Below, piece after piece: positions 1 to 8,067 of a stretch of 50,766 nt of DNA. The position numbers were made by a program, and so were the translations under genes. Source of the DNA: a virus; the IMG/VR virus record IMGVR_UViG_3300032001_000008, one strand, 5' to 3'. The notes beneath the pieces are model-generated. The model made no database searches. It was not told the DNA's origin and saw only the letters and a list, made by a program, of their open reading frames with translations. Numbering within the stretch: the stretch's first letter is position 1; each line of letters begins with the position of its first letter.

Positions 1-127
1 AGGGCGCGACACAGGAAATTGCTGAGGAACTTGCTGAGGGTGCGGATGTCGAGGATGGAGTTGATGAGGGGCTTGAGAAGGGGCTCGACTCGGGCTAGCT
101 TGTTGAGGGCAGTGTCGTCGCAGGTGG
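1..127. repeat. Terminal direct repeat copy 1 (identical to 50640..50766); circular-assembly overlap or DTR
   Basis: Base-by-base comparison by eye: 1..127 equals 50640..50766 (offset 50639). The polymerase ORF is continuous across the junction. Confidence 0.95.
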
Positions 128-1589
128 GTCGAGGGGGTTCGCCGGGCTTCCCCCGCTTCTTCTGGACAGGCATCTGGAAGTCGCCGTAGAAGAGGGCGTG
201 CATCTGCTTGGGGGAATCAGGGTTGAGGTCGTGGCCGAGGAGGAAGCGGATGAAGTCCATCCTTCGGTCGATCTCCATCTGGACCTCGAGGATCAAGTCG
301 TCCCGCCGGCGAGTGTCGATCCGCACTCCCCTCTGCATCGCCTGCAGCACGGGCCAGAACATCGACTGTTGGAAGCTGTGGACGTTCTGGAGCTTCATCT
401 TCTCCACCGTCTCCAGCTCAACCTGACCCACCTCATCTGTATATACACAGTCCAGGCAATTGTAATGCCACAGCTCATCCTCCCTCATATTCTTCTCCCA
501 ATCCTTCCCCTCATCCTTCCAGAACACGTAATGGTTACAGTACATGGAAGCCTGGAAGGCGAGAGCCTTGGGCATGTCAGAGAAGATCGCGTGCTGGGAG
601 ATCATTGTATCTTGCTCGACTCGAGGGACGAAGTGCCACCACCGCCAGGTGTACTGGCAATCATACAGCAGATTTTGCCCTACAACCCTGACTCGAGGGT
701 GGGTGAGGAGGGAATGGAGGAGTCGGATAATACTGACTTCTTCGTCCAGGTTCCAATATCCGTCCCCTCGCTCCCTGCACATGAAAGGGATGCAGATTGC
801 ATCAAAATAAGTCCAGCTGATTCCTGCGCAAGCAATATGTCCTGCACGAGTTTCGAGATCGAAGGAGAGTCTAAGACCCTCAGGCTGAAGGTCGGCTCTG
901 CTAACCAAGAGCCGAAGGATATTTTCAACTTGACTGAAATTAGGCCGGAGGATGAATCGGCGTTCTGGGGTCGGATAAGGAACTCCGTTTCGGAACCTTG
1001 CGGCACGGCGAAGGTCGTTGACCGTAATAGCTCTCCAACTCCATTGGCGGAGAACTGCTGCTGGATGGTAGGTGGGGATGCACTTAGTGGGAGAGGTGGA
1101 AGAATCAAAGTCGGTGTGAAGCATGGAGCCGCGCCACTTGGTGATTCCCCATCGGCCGGTGAGCGCCCACATGCTCGTGTTACCCACTGTGATAATGATC
1201 GCAGGATTGACAAGGGAGATCTCCTTTTTTAGTAGATTGAAGCCGGACTGAACGCGGGGGTCTACGAGGTTGTCGCGGAGGCGGACGAAGTTCCTGGGCT
1301 CAACGCCGGCAGCCCGACGGCGCTCATCCTCTTTGGTCGGCTTGGTGGAGAACTTCAGGCTGCTGCGCAGCCAGAGGCTGATGTCGTTCCTCGGGGGACG
1401 TTCCTTGCAGAGATTACTAACAAAGCATTCCGTACGAGAAATCCCTGCTTCGTGGAGCATCCGATTTAGCTCGTTTCCTGAAGCGCCGACGAAGGGACGG
1501 CCCTGCTGTTCCTCCTCAAATCCTGGTGCTTCCCCTACAATAAATATCCTGGCGTTCGGTGGACCCTCTGGAGGTACTATGATCGCCAT
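1..1589 (-). CDS. DNA polymerase family A with N-terminal family-4 UDG-like domain and 3'-5' exonuclease domain (N-terminal part; continues at 50639 downward; whole gene = complement join 49682..50639,1..1589, 848 aa)
   Basis: Absent from the ORF track because the frame runs off the left edge. Hand translation from ATG 1589..1587 is open to base 1 and stays in frame with ORF 49682..50623. UDG family-4 motifs: MAIIVPPEGPPNARIFIVGEAPGFEEEQQGRPFVGASGNEL and IPTYHPAAVLRQ. Exo I-III motifs: SFDLETRAG, VVGQNLLYD, HYNCLDCVYT. Pol I-like linker: LNPDSPKQMHALFYGD. Confidence 0.9.
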   Translation of the reverse strand, partial: MAIIVPPEGPPNARIFIVGEAPGFEEEQQGRPFVGASGNELNRMLHEAGISRTECFVSNLCKERPPRNDISLWLRSSLKFSTKPTKEDERRRAAGVEPRNFVRLRDNLVDPRVQSGFNLLKKEISLVNPAIIITVGNTSMWALTGRWGITKWRGSMLHTDFDSSTSPTKCIPTYHPAAVLRQWSWRAITVNDLRRAARFRNGVPYPTPERRFILRPNFSQVENILRLLVSRADLQPEGLRLSFDLETRAGHIACAGISWTYFDAICIPFMCRERGDGYWNLDEEVSIIRLLHSLLTHPRVRVVGQNLLYDCQYTWRWWHFVPRVEQDTMISQHAIFSDMPKALAFQASMYCNHYVFWKDEGKDWEKNMREDELWHYNCLDCVYTDEVGQVELETVEKMKLQNVHSFQQSMFWPVLQAMQRGVRIDTRRRDDLILEVQMEIDRRMDFIRFLLGHDLNPDSPKQMHALFYGDFQMPVQKKRGKPGEPPRPTCDDTALNKLARVEPLLKPLINSILDIRTLSKFLSNFLCRA

Positions 1590-1987
1590 GCAGCGTTCCA
1601 TCCCAGTAGAATATTGTAGGCTGTCTTTCGGCTGAGTCCGTACTTACGTGCGAATTCTCTCTGGGACATTGTACCAGCACGTAGAGCGATAACATCCTCT
1701 GTGGAGTATCTGCCTCGCTTATATCTTTTCCGAGCGAGGGCATCTCTCACGTTCTGAGACCTAGTTATTGCCTCTAGATGCTCGGGTCGGCAGCATGAAG
1801 CCACATCACACTTATGTCCTATTTCGTATCCTTTGGGTATAGGACCGTAGAAGTGTTCGTAGACTACTCTGTGTGTGTACCTCCCTCCGGACAGCATACC
1901 ATGTCCTCTGCTGTTGGCTCCTGGCCAAATGAAACAACCTGATTCCGGAACGGGCTCGCACCGTTCCAAGATTTCTAGAGCGCCCAT
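1577..1987 (-). CDS. HNH endonuclease (homing-endonuclease-like) with C-terminal HTH-like tail
   Basis: 136-aa ORF. GHGMLSGGRYTHRVVYEHFYGPIPKGYEIGHKCDVASCCRPEHLEAITRSQN matches the H-x-C-(D/N)-x-x-C-x-(N/R)P-x-HL HNH signature. Its 3' end overlaps the polymerase start by 13 nt. Confidence 0.8.
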   Translation of the reverse strand: MGALEILERCEPVPESGCFIWPGANSRGHGMLSGGRYTHRVVYEHFYGPIPKGYEIGHKCDVASCCRPEHLEAITRSQNVRDALARKRYKRGRYSTEDVIALRAGTMSQREFARKYGLSRKTAYNILLGWNAAWRS

Positions 1988-3369
1988 TACTGGGCACTCA
2001 CGCTTGGAGAGGGATAGGGGTCGGGATACTTGAGAGGCTTGGGCGGAGGCTCGAGACTCTTCAATCGCTTGGCGGCGACACCGTAGGCAGCTTCGTCCAT
2101 TTCAATTCCGGTAGCGCGACATTTGAGACCGTGAGCCGCCAGAAACACAGTTCCACTCCCGCAAAACGGATCGAGTACAGTGTCACCAGGTGCGATAGAT
2201 CTCCGTAGCAGGTCGTCGTAAAGCGCGACTGGCTTTTGTGCTGGGTGCCCAAGGTTTGGATCTGAAGGGAAAGTGAGAACATCTCCATACAGGCGGGTTA
2301 CCGGCCTGCCTCCTTTGATAGCGAATAGGATGCACTGGTACTTTCGGATGGGTCCTTGCTCTGGCCACGGGGCGCGTATCGCCCCTGGGTTGACCCAGAT
2401 GAGAGGGGTGCGGAAGCATCGCCAGCCGGCGTCTCGGAAGAGTCCTCTGAGTTCGTGGAATCTGTCGATGTCGCAGAAGACATAGGCGTGAGCTTGTGCT
2501 TTCGCAAGACGGAAAGAATGGGTTGCAAGAGGTGGGATGAGCTTAGTCCAGCTCTCATAGGAATCGTCGTAGAAATGACCACCTGCAGCCTTCCCGCCCG
2601 AATCCTGGAAATCGTCCGCACCAATCCCATAGGGCGGGTCTGTGAGAATAACGTCGAAAGACGCCGCTGGCATGTCAGGCATAGCCAGAAGGCAGTCCGC
2701 TCTCTGCAGAACGTGCAGAGATGAAGTGAAGGTTGGACCGATCGCCGCGCCAAGGGCGGCGTGCCGCTGGGATTCTTCGTGGCGCTTGAGGAGCTTGAAA
2801 GCTTCTTTGCGGGATGTGGCATTGCGGATTACCTCTTCCGTTTTCGGGTTGGCGAGCGCACGGCCGAGGAGGATATCTTGGCGGACGTTGTCCTGCGCGG
2901 CACCTTCGCTGGACCCCGTGACTTCCTCAGCGATGGCTGCGACCGCTGGCATTGGTTCGCCGCGAGCTTGCGCCTGGCGAGCTCGTAGATCTGCAAGTCG
3001 CGAAACAGCGTCCGCCCGTTCTTTCCAAGAGAGATCCTCGCGACGTATATTTTCCTCAAGTTCAATTTCTTCTGCGTCCACAGGGTCAATTTCCCCGAGG
3101 AATAGACAGGGTACGTGCCCTTCAGGAATGATTCGTTCGCCGCAGATAACTTCTTGTCCCAGAAACCAAAGGTGCTCCAGGGCTTTGAGCCGTCGCTCAC
3201 CAACGACCAGGGTGTACTCATCGTCTGCCATCCTTATTACGATAGGGTGGATTAAGCCGTTCTGCGCTATGCTGCCGGCGAGTTCGAGGATCTTAGCTTG
3301 GTCGAGGTCCCGGCGCTGCCGGTTGCTCTTGACCACAATGTCTTCAGCAGGAATAACATGCAGCTGCAT
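1987..3369 (-). CDS. ParB-like nuclease domain fused to DNA methyltransferase (N6A/N4C, beta-class motif order)
   Basis: N-terminus KSNRQRRDLDQ..LIHPIVIR..LVVGERRLKAL is ParB/Srx-like. MTase motif IV is VILTDPPYGIG and motif I is LDPFCGSGT. The second ATG (3369) has a GGAGG Shine-Dalgarno (SD); the track start 3384 has none. Confidence 0.85.
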   Translation of the reverse strand: MQLHVIPAEDIVVKSNRQRRDLDQAKILELAGSIAQNGLIHPIVIRMADDEYTLVVGERRLKALEHLWFLGQEVICGERIIPEGHVPCLFLGEIDPVDAEEIELEENIRREDLSWKERADAVSRLADLRARQAQARGEPMPAVAAIAEEVTGSSEGAAQDNVRQDILLGRALANPKTEEVIRNATSRKEAFKLLKRHEESQRHAALGAAIGPTFTSSLHVLQRADCLLAMPDMPAASFDVILTDPPYGIGADDFQDSGGKAAGGHFYDDSYESWTKLIPPLATHSFRLAKAQAHAYVFCDIDRFHELRGLFRDAGWRCFRTPLIWVNPGAIRAPWPEQGPIRKYQCILFAIKGGRPVTRLYGDVLTFPSDPNLGHPAQKPVALYDDLLRRSIAPGDTVLDPFCGSGTVFLAAHGLKCRATGIEMDEAAYGVAAKRLKSLEPPPKPLKYPDPYPSPSVSAQ

Positions 3370-3439
3370 GCCTGTCCCCTCCATTTTTAGTTGGAAGAAA
3401 AGAGGAGGGGGCCGAGCCCCCTCCCCAGCCCTGGGTCAG

Positions 3440-3664
3440 TTATTCTTCTTCCTCTTCCTCCTCTTCCTCTGAGTCTTCCTCTTCCTCTTCATCTTCCTCT
3501 TCACCAGGCAACTCGGCGGTGCTGATCACCCGCTCAAGATCCTCGACACTCTCCTCTATCTCATCCAGCGGTGAGCCAGGGGAGATGTCTTCGAGGTCGC
3601 CCCGAGCGACTGTCAGGCGCTCGACGAGTCCTCGATGATGCATCGTCCAATCTGCTGTAGGCAT
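3440..3664 (-). CDS. Small poly-acidic protein (C-terminal ~23 residues almost all E/D)
   Basis: 74-aa ORF with SD GAGGGAG. It ends PGEEEDEEEEEDSEEEEEEEEE and lies directly downstream of the 160-aa ORF in the recombination/replication block. Confidence 0.7.
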   Translation of the reverse strand: MPTADWTMHHRGLVERLTVARGDLEDISPGSPLDEIEESVEDLERVISTAELPGEEEDEEEEEDSEEEEEEEEE

Positions 3665-3685
3665 GCGAGTTCTCCCTCTTTTTGA

Positions 3686-4168
3686 TTAGCCGAGCTTGGC
3701 AATCGCGTCGATCTCATCGTAGATTTCCCCCTGGTAGGGGCGGTTGCCGATCTTGCAGAGCACCTGCCTGCCGGCGACCATGAGGATGTTAAAGGGCTGG
3801 CCCTCGACATTCATCCCTACAGCGTCACGCAGGATCCTCAGCCCGTTATTCTTCCCAGGCGCCATGTCCAACCCGCCGCTGGGCTTGGTGTCCAGCCGGA
3901 AGGAATAGCGGAGGTTGACCTTGTCCAGGCCGACGTGATCCTTCACCTGCGGGTTGCCGGTGATGTCCACCTCGACAGGGATGTCGCACCAGAGATACAT
4001 CTGCCCCATATTGGACTCTTTCTTCCCTTCTGTCTGGCGGGTGATGGGAGTGCCGAGGGTGCCGGGGAAGGATAGGCCTCCTGGGATGGGCGGGCGGCGT
4101 ACGGATGCTTCGGTGATGGTTGCGCCAAGGAATACGTTCGGGTCAAAACCAATTGCTTCGGAGTTCAT
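3686..4168 (-). CDS. Hypothetical protein; candidate ssDNA-binding partner by position only
   Basis: 160-aa ORF between the Sak4-like ATPase and the acidic protein. No motif recognised. Confidence 0.7.
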   Translation of the reverse strand: MNSEAIGFDPNVFLGATITEASVRRPPIPGGLSFPGTLGTPITRQTEGKKESNMGQMYLWCDIPVEVDITGNPQVKDHVGLDKVNLRYSFRLDTKPSGGLDMAPGKNNGLRILRDAVGMNVEGQPFNILMVAGRQVLCKIGNRPYQGEIYDEIDAIAKLG

Positions 4169-4199
4169 ACTGGTTACCTTGTGTTGTGTGTTAGGGGGG

Positions 4200-5078
4200 C
4201 TATACCTTTACGGAACTGGAGAAGCGGCCGCCCCTAGAGAGCCACTTATCCATTATCAACTTGAAACTGGGGGTGAGCTTTTGAGATACGGGCAAGTTGC
4301 GCGTCTTCAGGTCAGCCAACGGGCTGCCGGTGTCCCAGGTCCAGGTCGCTCCACTTCTCGTGGCGAGTATGGTGTCGGAGAACATACTCGGTAGCTTAGG
4401 AGAGAGCTTCTGGCCTGGGACACTGGTCATGAGCTTGACGCCGCCGAGGACCTCATCCACTTCCCGTTCGACGTGGGCGATCAGGATGAAGTGGCACTTG
4501 CAGCCGTCGCAGCAATAGCGGATGAAGCGCTCCATCTGCTCTTGCACCACACCATAGTCGGGTTTGTCGCGAACAGGCTTGGAGCCAACTTGCATGGCCC
4601 ACAGGAAGTTACCCAGTCCGGTGGCACCATCCAGTACCAGGGCCCTGTCAGGCCCCCAGGAATCGGCTGCGCCATAATTCTTTCCATAGCGCTGGTCGTC
4701 AAAGGAGTTGAGAACTTTAAGCAGACGCTCAAAGGGATTGTTCTGTGCACGGTTGAAGTCCTTCATCTTGGCTAGGCCGGACTGGTCCATCTGGGAGATG
4801 ATGCTGGCGGTCTGAGCCATCGCTCCGAACCCGCCCTTCTGGGCCAACTCAAGGTTGTGCCAGTGGAGGTTCTCCGGGATCGGCTTCCCCTGGTCGGTCC
4901 AATAGGCGAGGAGGCTCTCCATCCCCGACTCCAGCCCGGTGTAGAAGGTCTGGACTCCCGTCTCCACCAGGGTTCCGAGGGAGTGGGTCTTGCCTGTCCC
5001 AGCTGGGCCCTCCAGGAGTACGTTCACCCCCGGCAGTAAGCTCGGCTCTGAGGTTGGCAGCGGTGATACTGTTGACAT
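4200..5078 (-). CDS. RecA-fold P-loop ATPase, Sak4/AAA_24-like
   Basis: Walker A is LLEGPAGTGKTHSLG and Walker B-like is RALVLDGATG. A TAG stop lies 12 nt upstream of the ATG in this frame. Synteny with a Cas4-like nuclease and PolA. Confidence 0.85.
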   Translation of the reverse strand: MSTVSPLPTSEPSLLPGVNVLLEGPAGTGKTHSLGTLVETGVQTFYTGLESGMESLLAYWTDQGKPIPENLHWHNLELAQKGGFGAMAQTASIISQMDQSGLAKMKDFNRAQNNPFERLLKVLNSFDDQRYGKNYGAADSWGPDRALVLDGATGLGNFLWAMQVGSKPVRDKPDYGVVQEQMERFIRYCCDGCKCHFILIAHVEREVDEVLGGVKLMTSVPGQKLSPKLPSMFSDTILATRSGATWTWDTGSPLADLKTRNLPVSQKLTPSFKLIMDKWLSRGGRFSSSVKV

Positions 5079-5421
5079 GTTCTTTCTCTATAAGGTTGGC
5101 GATCAGGTTGAATTCGCGTTGCTTTAGCTCTAATGGTAGGTAATTGATGAGGTCGAGGTCGAGGGTCTGAGATGAGCGGTCGTCGAGGAGGGAGCCGGGG
5201 ATGAGGTCGCCGTGGGGGGCGTGGCTGCAGTTGGCGCAGAGATGGCCCTCGACGGCGAACCCTTCCTCGACTCCCTCGCGGCGTAGAATCGCCCAGACAT
5301 CCAAGCAAAGTGGGCATACCTTTGCGCGGGAGAAGGGACGAAACCCGCGACTGTCGATGTCTGGGCGAGAAATGGTCCAGCCCGGCGCGCCGACGCTGGA
5401 TAATATGATCGTGAAATTCAC
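4849..5421 (-). CDS. Zinc-ribbon-like protein (CPLC..CANC); its frame stays open 230 nt into the ATPase gene
   Basis: Internal part of track ORF 4849..5562. The N-terminal R/P-rich part of that ORF looks like junk. GTG 5421 lies 2 nt after the micro-ORF stop. The plausible core is KVCPLCLDVWAILRREGVEEGFAVEGHLCANCSHAPHGD..LELKQREFNLIANLIEKE. The true C-terminus is uncertain. Confidence 0.35.
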   Translation of the reverse strand: MNFTIILSSVGAPGWTISRPDIDSRGFRPFSRAKVCPLCLDVWAILRREGVEEGFAVEGHLCANCSHAPHGDLIPGSLLDDRSSQTLDLDLINYLPLELKQREFNLIANLIEKEHVNSITAANLRAELTAGGERTPGGPSWDRQDPLPRNPGGDGSPDLLHRAGVGDGEPPRLLDRPGEADPGEPPLAQP

Positions 5422-5423
5422 AG

Positions 5424-5501
5424 CTAGAACACCCAGCCCGAGGCTAGGATGGCGAGGACGAAGATGGCGGCGAGGGCGATAAACCAGCGCAGCAGGCTCA
5501 T
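5424..5501 (-). CDS. 25-aa hydrophobic micro-ORF (MSLLRWFIALAAIFVLAILASGWVF)
   Basis: AAGGAG SD 5 nt upstream. Its ATG overlaps the TGA of the 5498..5959 gene (ATGA). One predicted TM helix. Confidence 0.4.
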   Translation of the reverse strand: MSLLRWFIALAAIFVLAILASGWVF

Positions 5502-5959
5502 GAAGTCTCCTTAGTTTTATCGGCCTCTCCTGCGAGGGCTTCGCGGGCGACCTTGCCGTCATCTTTCAAAAGGCCAAAGTGCCCGTAGTGATTTCGATCA
5601 GCGTAGAACTTCAGCGCCGCGCGCAGGCGGTCGACTTCTGCCTCGGCTTTCGTAGCGCGGCCTTCCCAATGCTCCATGTATGACGCGACGTTAGGATTGC
5701 GTATCGCCACCTCGATGGTGCCCCATGTGCGCCAATCAGCCAGTTCCCGCGTCAGCGCAATGACCGCGTTCGACTCCGCTGTCAGGTGGTGCGTCAGGCG
5801 CTCGATCTCCTCAGCCTGAACCTTATTCGCATGCGCGATTGTGTCGTAGAGCTTGGTGCGTTCGATCTCGTCGGCGGCCTCGCCAGCTAACTCCCATAGA
5901 GACAAGTTAGTACCGCCGGGCTCTCTTGCTTCGCGCAGCCGCTGCACTAGGTCACTCAT
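5498..5959 (-). CDS. Hypothetical coiled-coil protein with EAADEIER motif
   Basis: 153-aa ORF. LAGEAADEIERTKLY resembles LMNEAADEIERLERLY in ORF 12804..13067. Confidence 0.75.
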   Translation of the reverse strand: MSDLVQRLREAREPGGTNLSLWELAGEAADEIERTKLYDTIAHANKVQAEEIERLTHHLTAESNAVIALTRELADWRTWGTIEVAIRNPNVASYMEHWEGRATKAEAEVDRLRAALKFYADRNHYGHFGLLKDDGKVAREALAGEADKTKETS

Positions 5960-6071
5960 GCTTCCCCCATTTATCGAGCGCCATCTGCAGCGCCTGCCAG
6001 ACGAAAAGGCCTAGTGCAACGCCTCCCGTGATGCCGAGGCCGATCCAGAAGCCTGTCCAGAATGGAGTCAT
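5952..6071 (-). CDS. 39-aa single-TM membrane protein
   Basis: Internal start MTPFWTGFWIGLGITGGVALGLFVWQAL.. with SD GGAGGG. ATGA overlap with the upstream ORF. The longer track ORF N-terminus looks non-coding. Confidence 0.5.
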   Translation of the reverse strand: MTPFWTGFWIGLGITGGVALGLFVWQALQMALDKWGKHE

Positions 6072-6247
6072 TCTTCCCTCCACCATTTGATGATTCGCTT
6101 TATCGGCCGAGCTAGTAACAGGTCTACTATGATCCAGGCGAGGATCGCCACTCCGAGGCACTGCCAGTGGTTCATGGCCTGGGTGGTGGTGTCGGCTAGG
6201 GCGGCGGGGGAGCCGAGAACCAAGGCGACGGCGATTGCAGTTTTCAT
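6068..6247 (-). CDS. 59-aa protein with signal-like N-terminus and a TM helix
   Basis: MKTAIAVALVLGSPAALADTT..CLGVAILAWIIVDLLLARP. Starts 11 nt after the exonuclease stop. Its stop overlaps the next ATG (ATGA). Confidence 0.5.
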   Translation of the reverse strand: MKTAIAVALVLGSPAALADTTTQAMNHWQCLGVAILAWIIVDLLLARPIKRIIKWWREE

Positions 6248-6257
6248 AACAGACCTT

Positions 6258-7169
6258 TCAGATTTTAGTTTCGATCCGGGTAACTGGATCCCAATGCCGG
6301 CGCTCGAAGTATTGCTCCAGCCAGGGACCCTCATCTTGGGCCTTGCAGACGGTTTTGAAGCCACATCCGCCATACTCCGTACAGGCGCGATCGAGGTTGT
6401 ACCTCCACCGCTTTGTACGCCAGGCGGTCTTCATATCTTCGATCCACTCTAACAGCTCTCCATACCAGCGATCTATTTCGAAATCGCTGAAATTGCAGAT
6501 GGCTTCCTGGGTCTCGTATTTTGTCTTCAATATAGACACACCCCTGACGAGGCAGCCGGCGACCGTGAAGCCAGAATTGCGGAACCCCCAGGTGTAGCCG
6601 AGGAACTGCCCTCGAAGATCCCATTGCTGACTCCAGGTTGAGCCGAGACTCTTGGTGGTTTTGTCGTCTTCGATATAATTAGCACCAGCGTAAGAACAGA
6701 TCATGTCGCCCCTGCCGGTGTAGAGGATGGGGTGGCCGGTTTCTGGGTGGTCGATCGCCAGGGGGTTGGTGAAGGAGATTTCAATGGCTCTCTTCTCTCC
6801 AGGGAGGAGTATCGGGAAGCCGGTGTTCATGGTGAACGGGTAGCTGTCCATGTAGAAGGCGTAGGCGCCGGCGACCCTCTCCGCGCTCTTGGGATTGTCG
6901 GATGGGCACTCGTAATTCCCGTAAGCTTCGAAGAGGGCCGCTAGTCCTTTGGCTTCGGCAGCCTCCGCGTTGAGGCCCTGCTCGAAGAACCCGCGGCGGG
7001 CGATCTCGAGACCGCGGGCGAAGGCCTTGCCGGCGTGCAGGTCAACCTTTTCGGTTCTGCTCTTCCACTGAGCGATGTAGACCTTGAAAAAGAGCTGCGG
7101 GCAGGATTTGAACGCCGCCATCATGCTGCTGTCGAGAACTTCAGGGAAGGTGGTGAACGGATCTGTCAT
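6258..7169 (-). CDS. PD-(D/E)XK exonuclease, Cas4/RecB-like with Fe-S cysteines
   Basis: N-terminal SSMMAAFKSCPQLF. Nuclease motifs GRGDMI..YIEDDKTTK and QFLGY. C-terminal cysteine triad ACTEYGGCGFKTVC. Confidence 0.8.
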   Translation of the reverse strand: MTDPFTTFPEVLDSSMMAAFKSCPQLFFKVYIAQWKSRTEKVDLHAGKAFARGLEIARRGFFEQGLNAEAAEAKGLAALFEAYGNYECPSDNPKSAERVAGAYAFYMDSYPFTMNTGFPILLPGEKRAIEISFTNPLAIDHPETGHPILYTGRGDMICSYAGANYIEDDKTTKSLGSTWSQQWDLRGQFLGYTWGFRNSGFTVAGCLVRGVSILKTKYETQEAICNFSDFEIDRWYGELLEWIEDMKTAWRTKRWRYNLDRACTEYGGCGFKTVCKAQDEGPWLEQYFERRHWDPVTRIETKI

Positions 7170-7351
7170 GCCCAGTTCTCCTTTACCTTCACTTCGAAGA
7201 ATAATGGTCCTCCAGAGAATCGACGGAGGTGCAAGAGGAGAGTGTTCTTCTGGGGCTCACTTACCTCAGCGTTCCAAAGTTCCTTGGCTATCACGTCTTC
7301 AATCGCTTTGCGACATGCTGCAGTGAGCAGTGTCTTGATCTGTGGATTCAT
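7166..7351 (-). CDS. Hypothetical protein (61 aa)
   Basis: ORF with ATGA overlaps at both ends. Confidence 0.6.
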   Translation of the reverse strand: MNPQIKTLLTAACRKAIEDVIAKELWNAEVSEPQKNTLLLHLRRFSGGPLFFEVKVKENWA

Positions 7352-7527
7352 TCTGTTGCCTCCTGCCTAGAGTTCCACTCCTCCGGATCTAGCATCAGCC
7401 GATCGCCGAAGAAGTGGGAGCCGCACAGCCCAGTCGAGGCGATGATGCCTGAGGGCGCGCGGAGCCCAACCACGGGAGAGGCGCCGCAGACGGCGCACTC
7501 TACCTGATAGATGGCTTCGTAGGTCAT
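7348..7527 (-). CDS. 59-aa CxxC/CxxH zinc-finger-like protein
   Basis: Hand translation: MTYEAIYQVECAVCGASPVVGLRAPSGIIASTGLCGSHFFGDRLMLDPEEWNSRQEATE. ATGA overlaps at both ends. One residue below the track cut-off. Confidence 0.5.
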   Translation of the reverse strand: MTYEAIYQVECAVCGASPVVGLRAPSGIIASTGLCGSHFFGDRLMLDPEEWNSRQEATE

Positions 7528-7844
7528 TTGCCAAGGATCTCCCTGCAGAGGAGGCTGCCGTAGATCTCCACGTCGGTGAGATCCTTGTCGCCGGCGAGCT
7601 GGGCTCGGATAGCGGCGGAGAGCTTCTTGGCGAGGACGTACTGGGCTCCGGAGACCCTCTTGGGTGAGGGGGAGGCTCCGTTCAGGAACTTGTGCTTCCA
7701 GTTGTGTAACATGCTGGAGTTGATCTGGTACTTCTGGAGAGTAGCGCCGTGGCCTTGCTTCTGGTAGAACTTGAGGACGCGGAGTTTCTGGGCATCAGTC
7801 CACTTGCGGTTACGACCGGCGGCGGGAGATGAAGCGGGAGGCAT
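7524..7844 (-). CDS. HTH DNA-binding protein (IS3-OrfA/HTH_Tnp_1-like helix-turn-helix)
   Basis: Internal ATG 7844 has a GAGGAG SD 8 nt upstream. KWTDAQKLRVLKFYQKQGHGATLQKYQINSSMLHNWKHKF. The upstream S/P-rich part of track ORF 7524..8027 looks like off-frame sequence. Confidence 0.6.
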   Translation of the reverse strand: MPPASSPAAGRNRKWTDAQKLRVLKFYQKQGHGATLQKYQINSSMLHNWKHKFLNGASPSPKRVSGAQYVLAKKLSAAIRAQLAGDKDLTDVEIYGSLLCREILGK

Positions 7845-8067
7845 TTCGGATACTCCTCGGGTTGGGTCTTTCTTGGGAGAGGTACTGGATTCTATCTTGC
7901 CACTTTTCGAGCTGGTTCTGTCGAGCGAGGATCGCGCCGGCGCCTCGGCGCTCCCAGTATCCGAAGCATGCTGCGCATGATCGGCAGACGGGGGAGAGCT
8001 TTCGACGCTCATTCGGGCAATGCTCAATCAGACACGCGCCGTAGTGGCTGCTACCGTTCTTGTTCAT
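7810..8067 (-). CDS. Cys-rich small protein
   Basis: 85-aa ORF with HYGACLIEHCPNERRKLSPVCRSCAACFGYWERR. ATGA overlap with the upstream gene. Confidence 0.55.
   Translation of the reverse strand: MNKNGSSHYGACLIEHCPNERRKLSPVCRSCAACFGYWERRGAGAILARQNQLEKWQDRIQYLSQERPNPRSIRNASRFISRRRS

Noticed and set aside
680-1213. 177-aa minus-strand ORF
   Set aside because: Wrong frame relative to the polymerase. S/P/L-rich, non-protein-like composition.
198-1232. 344-aa plus-strand ORF, the largest ORF listed at the left end
   Set aside because: It is the antisense shadow of the polymerase gene. Its composition is L/E/H/D/P-rich with no motif. The minus-strand frame carries clear UDG, Exo I-III and Pol motifs and is open through the junction.
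3440-3510. Tandem repeat or CRISPR-like periodicity in the TTC/CTC-rich stretch
   Set aside because: It is simply the antisense of GAA/GAG codons encoding the poly-Glu tail. There is no repeat-spacer structure. No CRISPR array is evident anywhere in the window.
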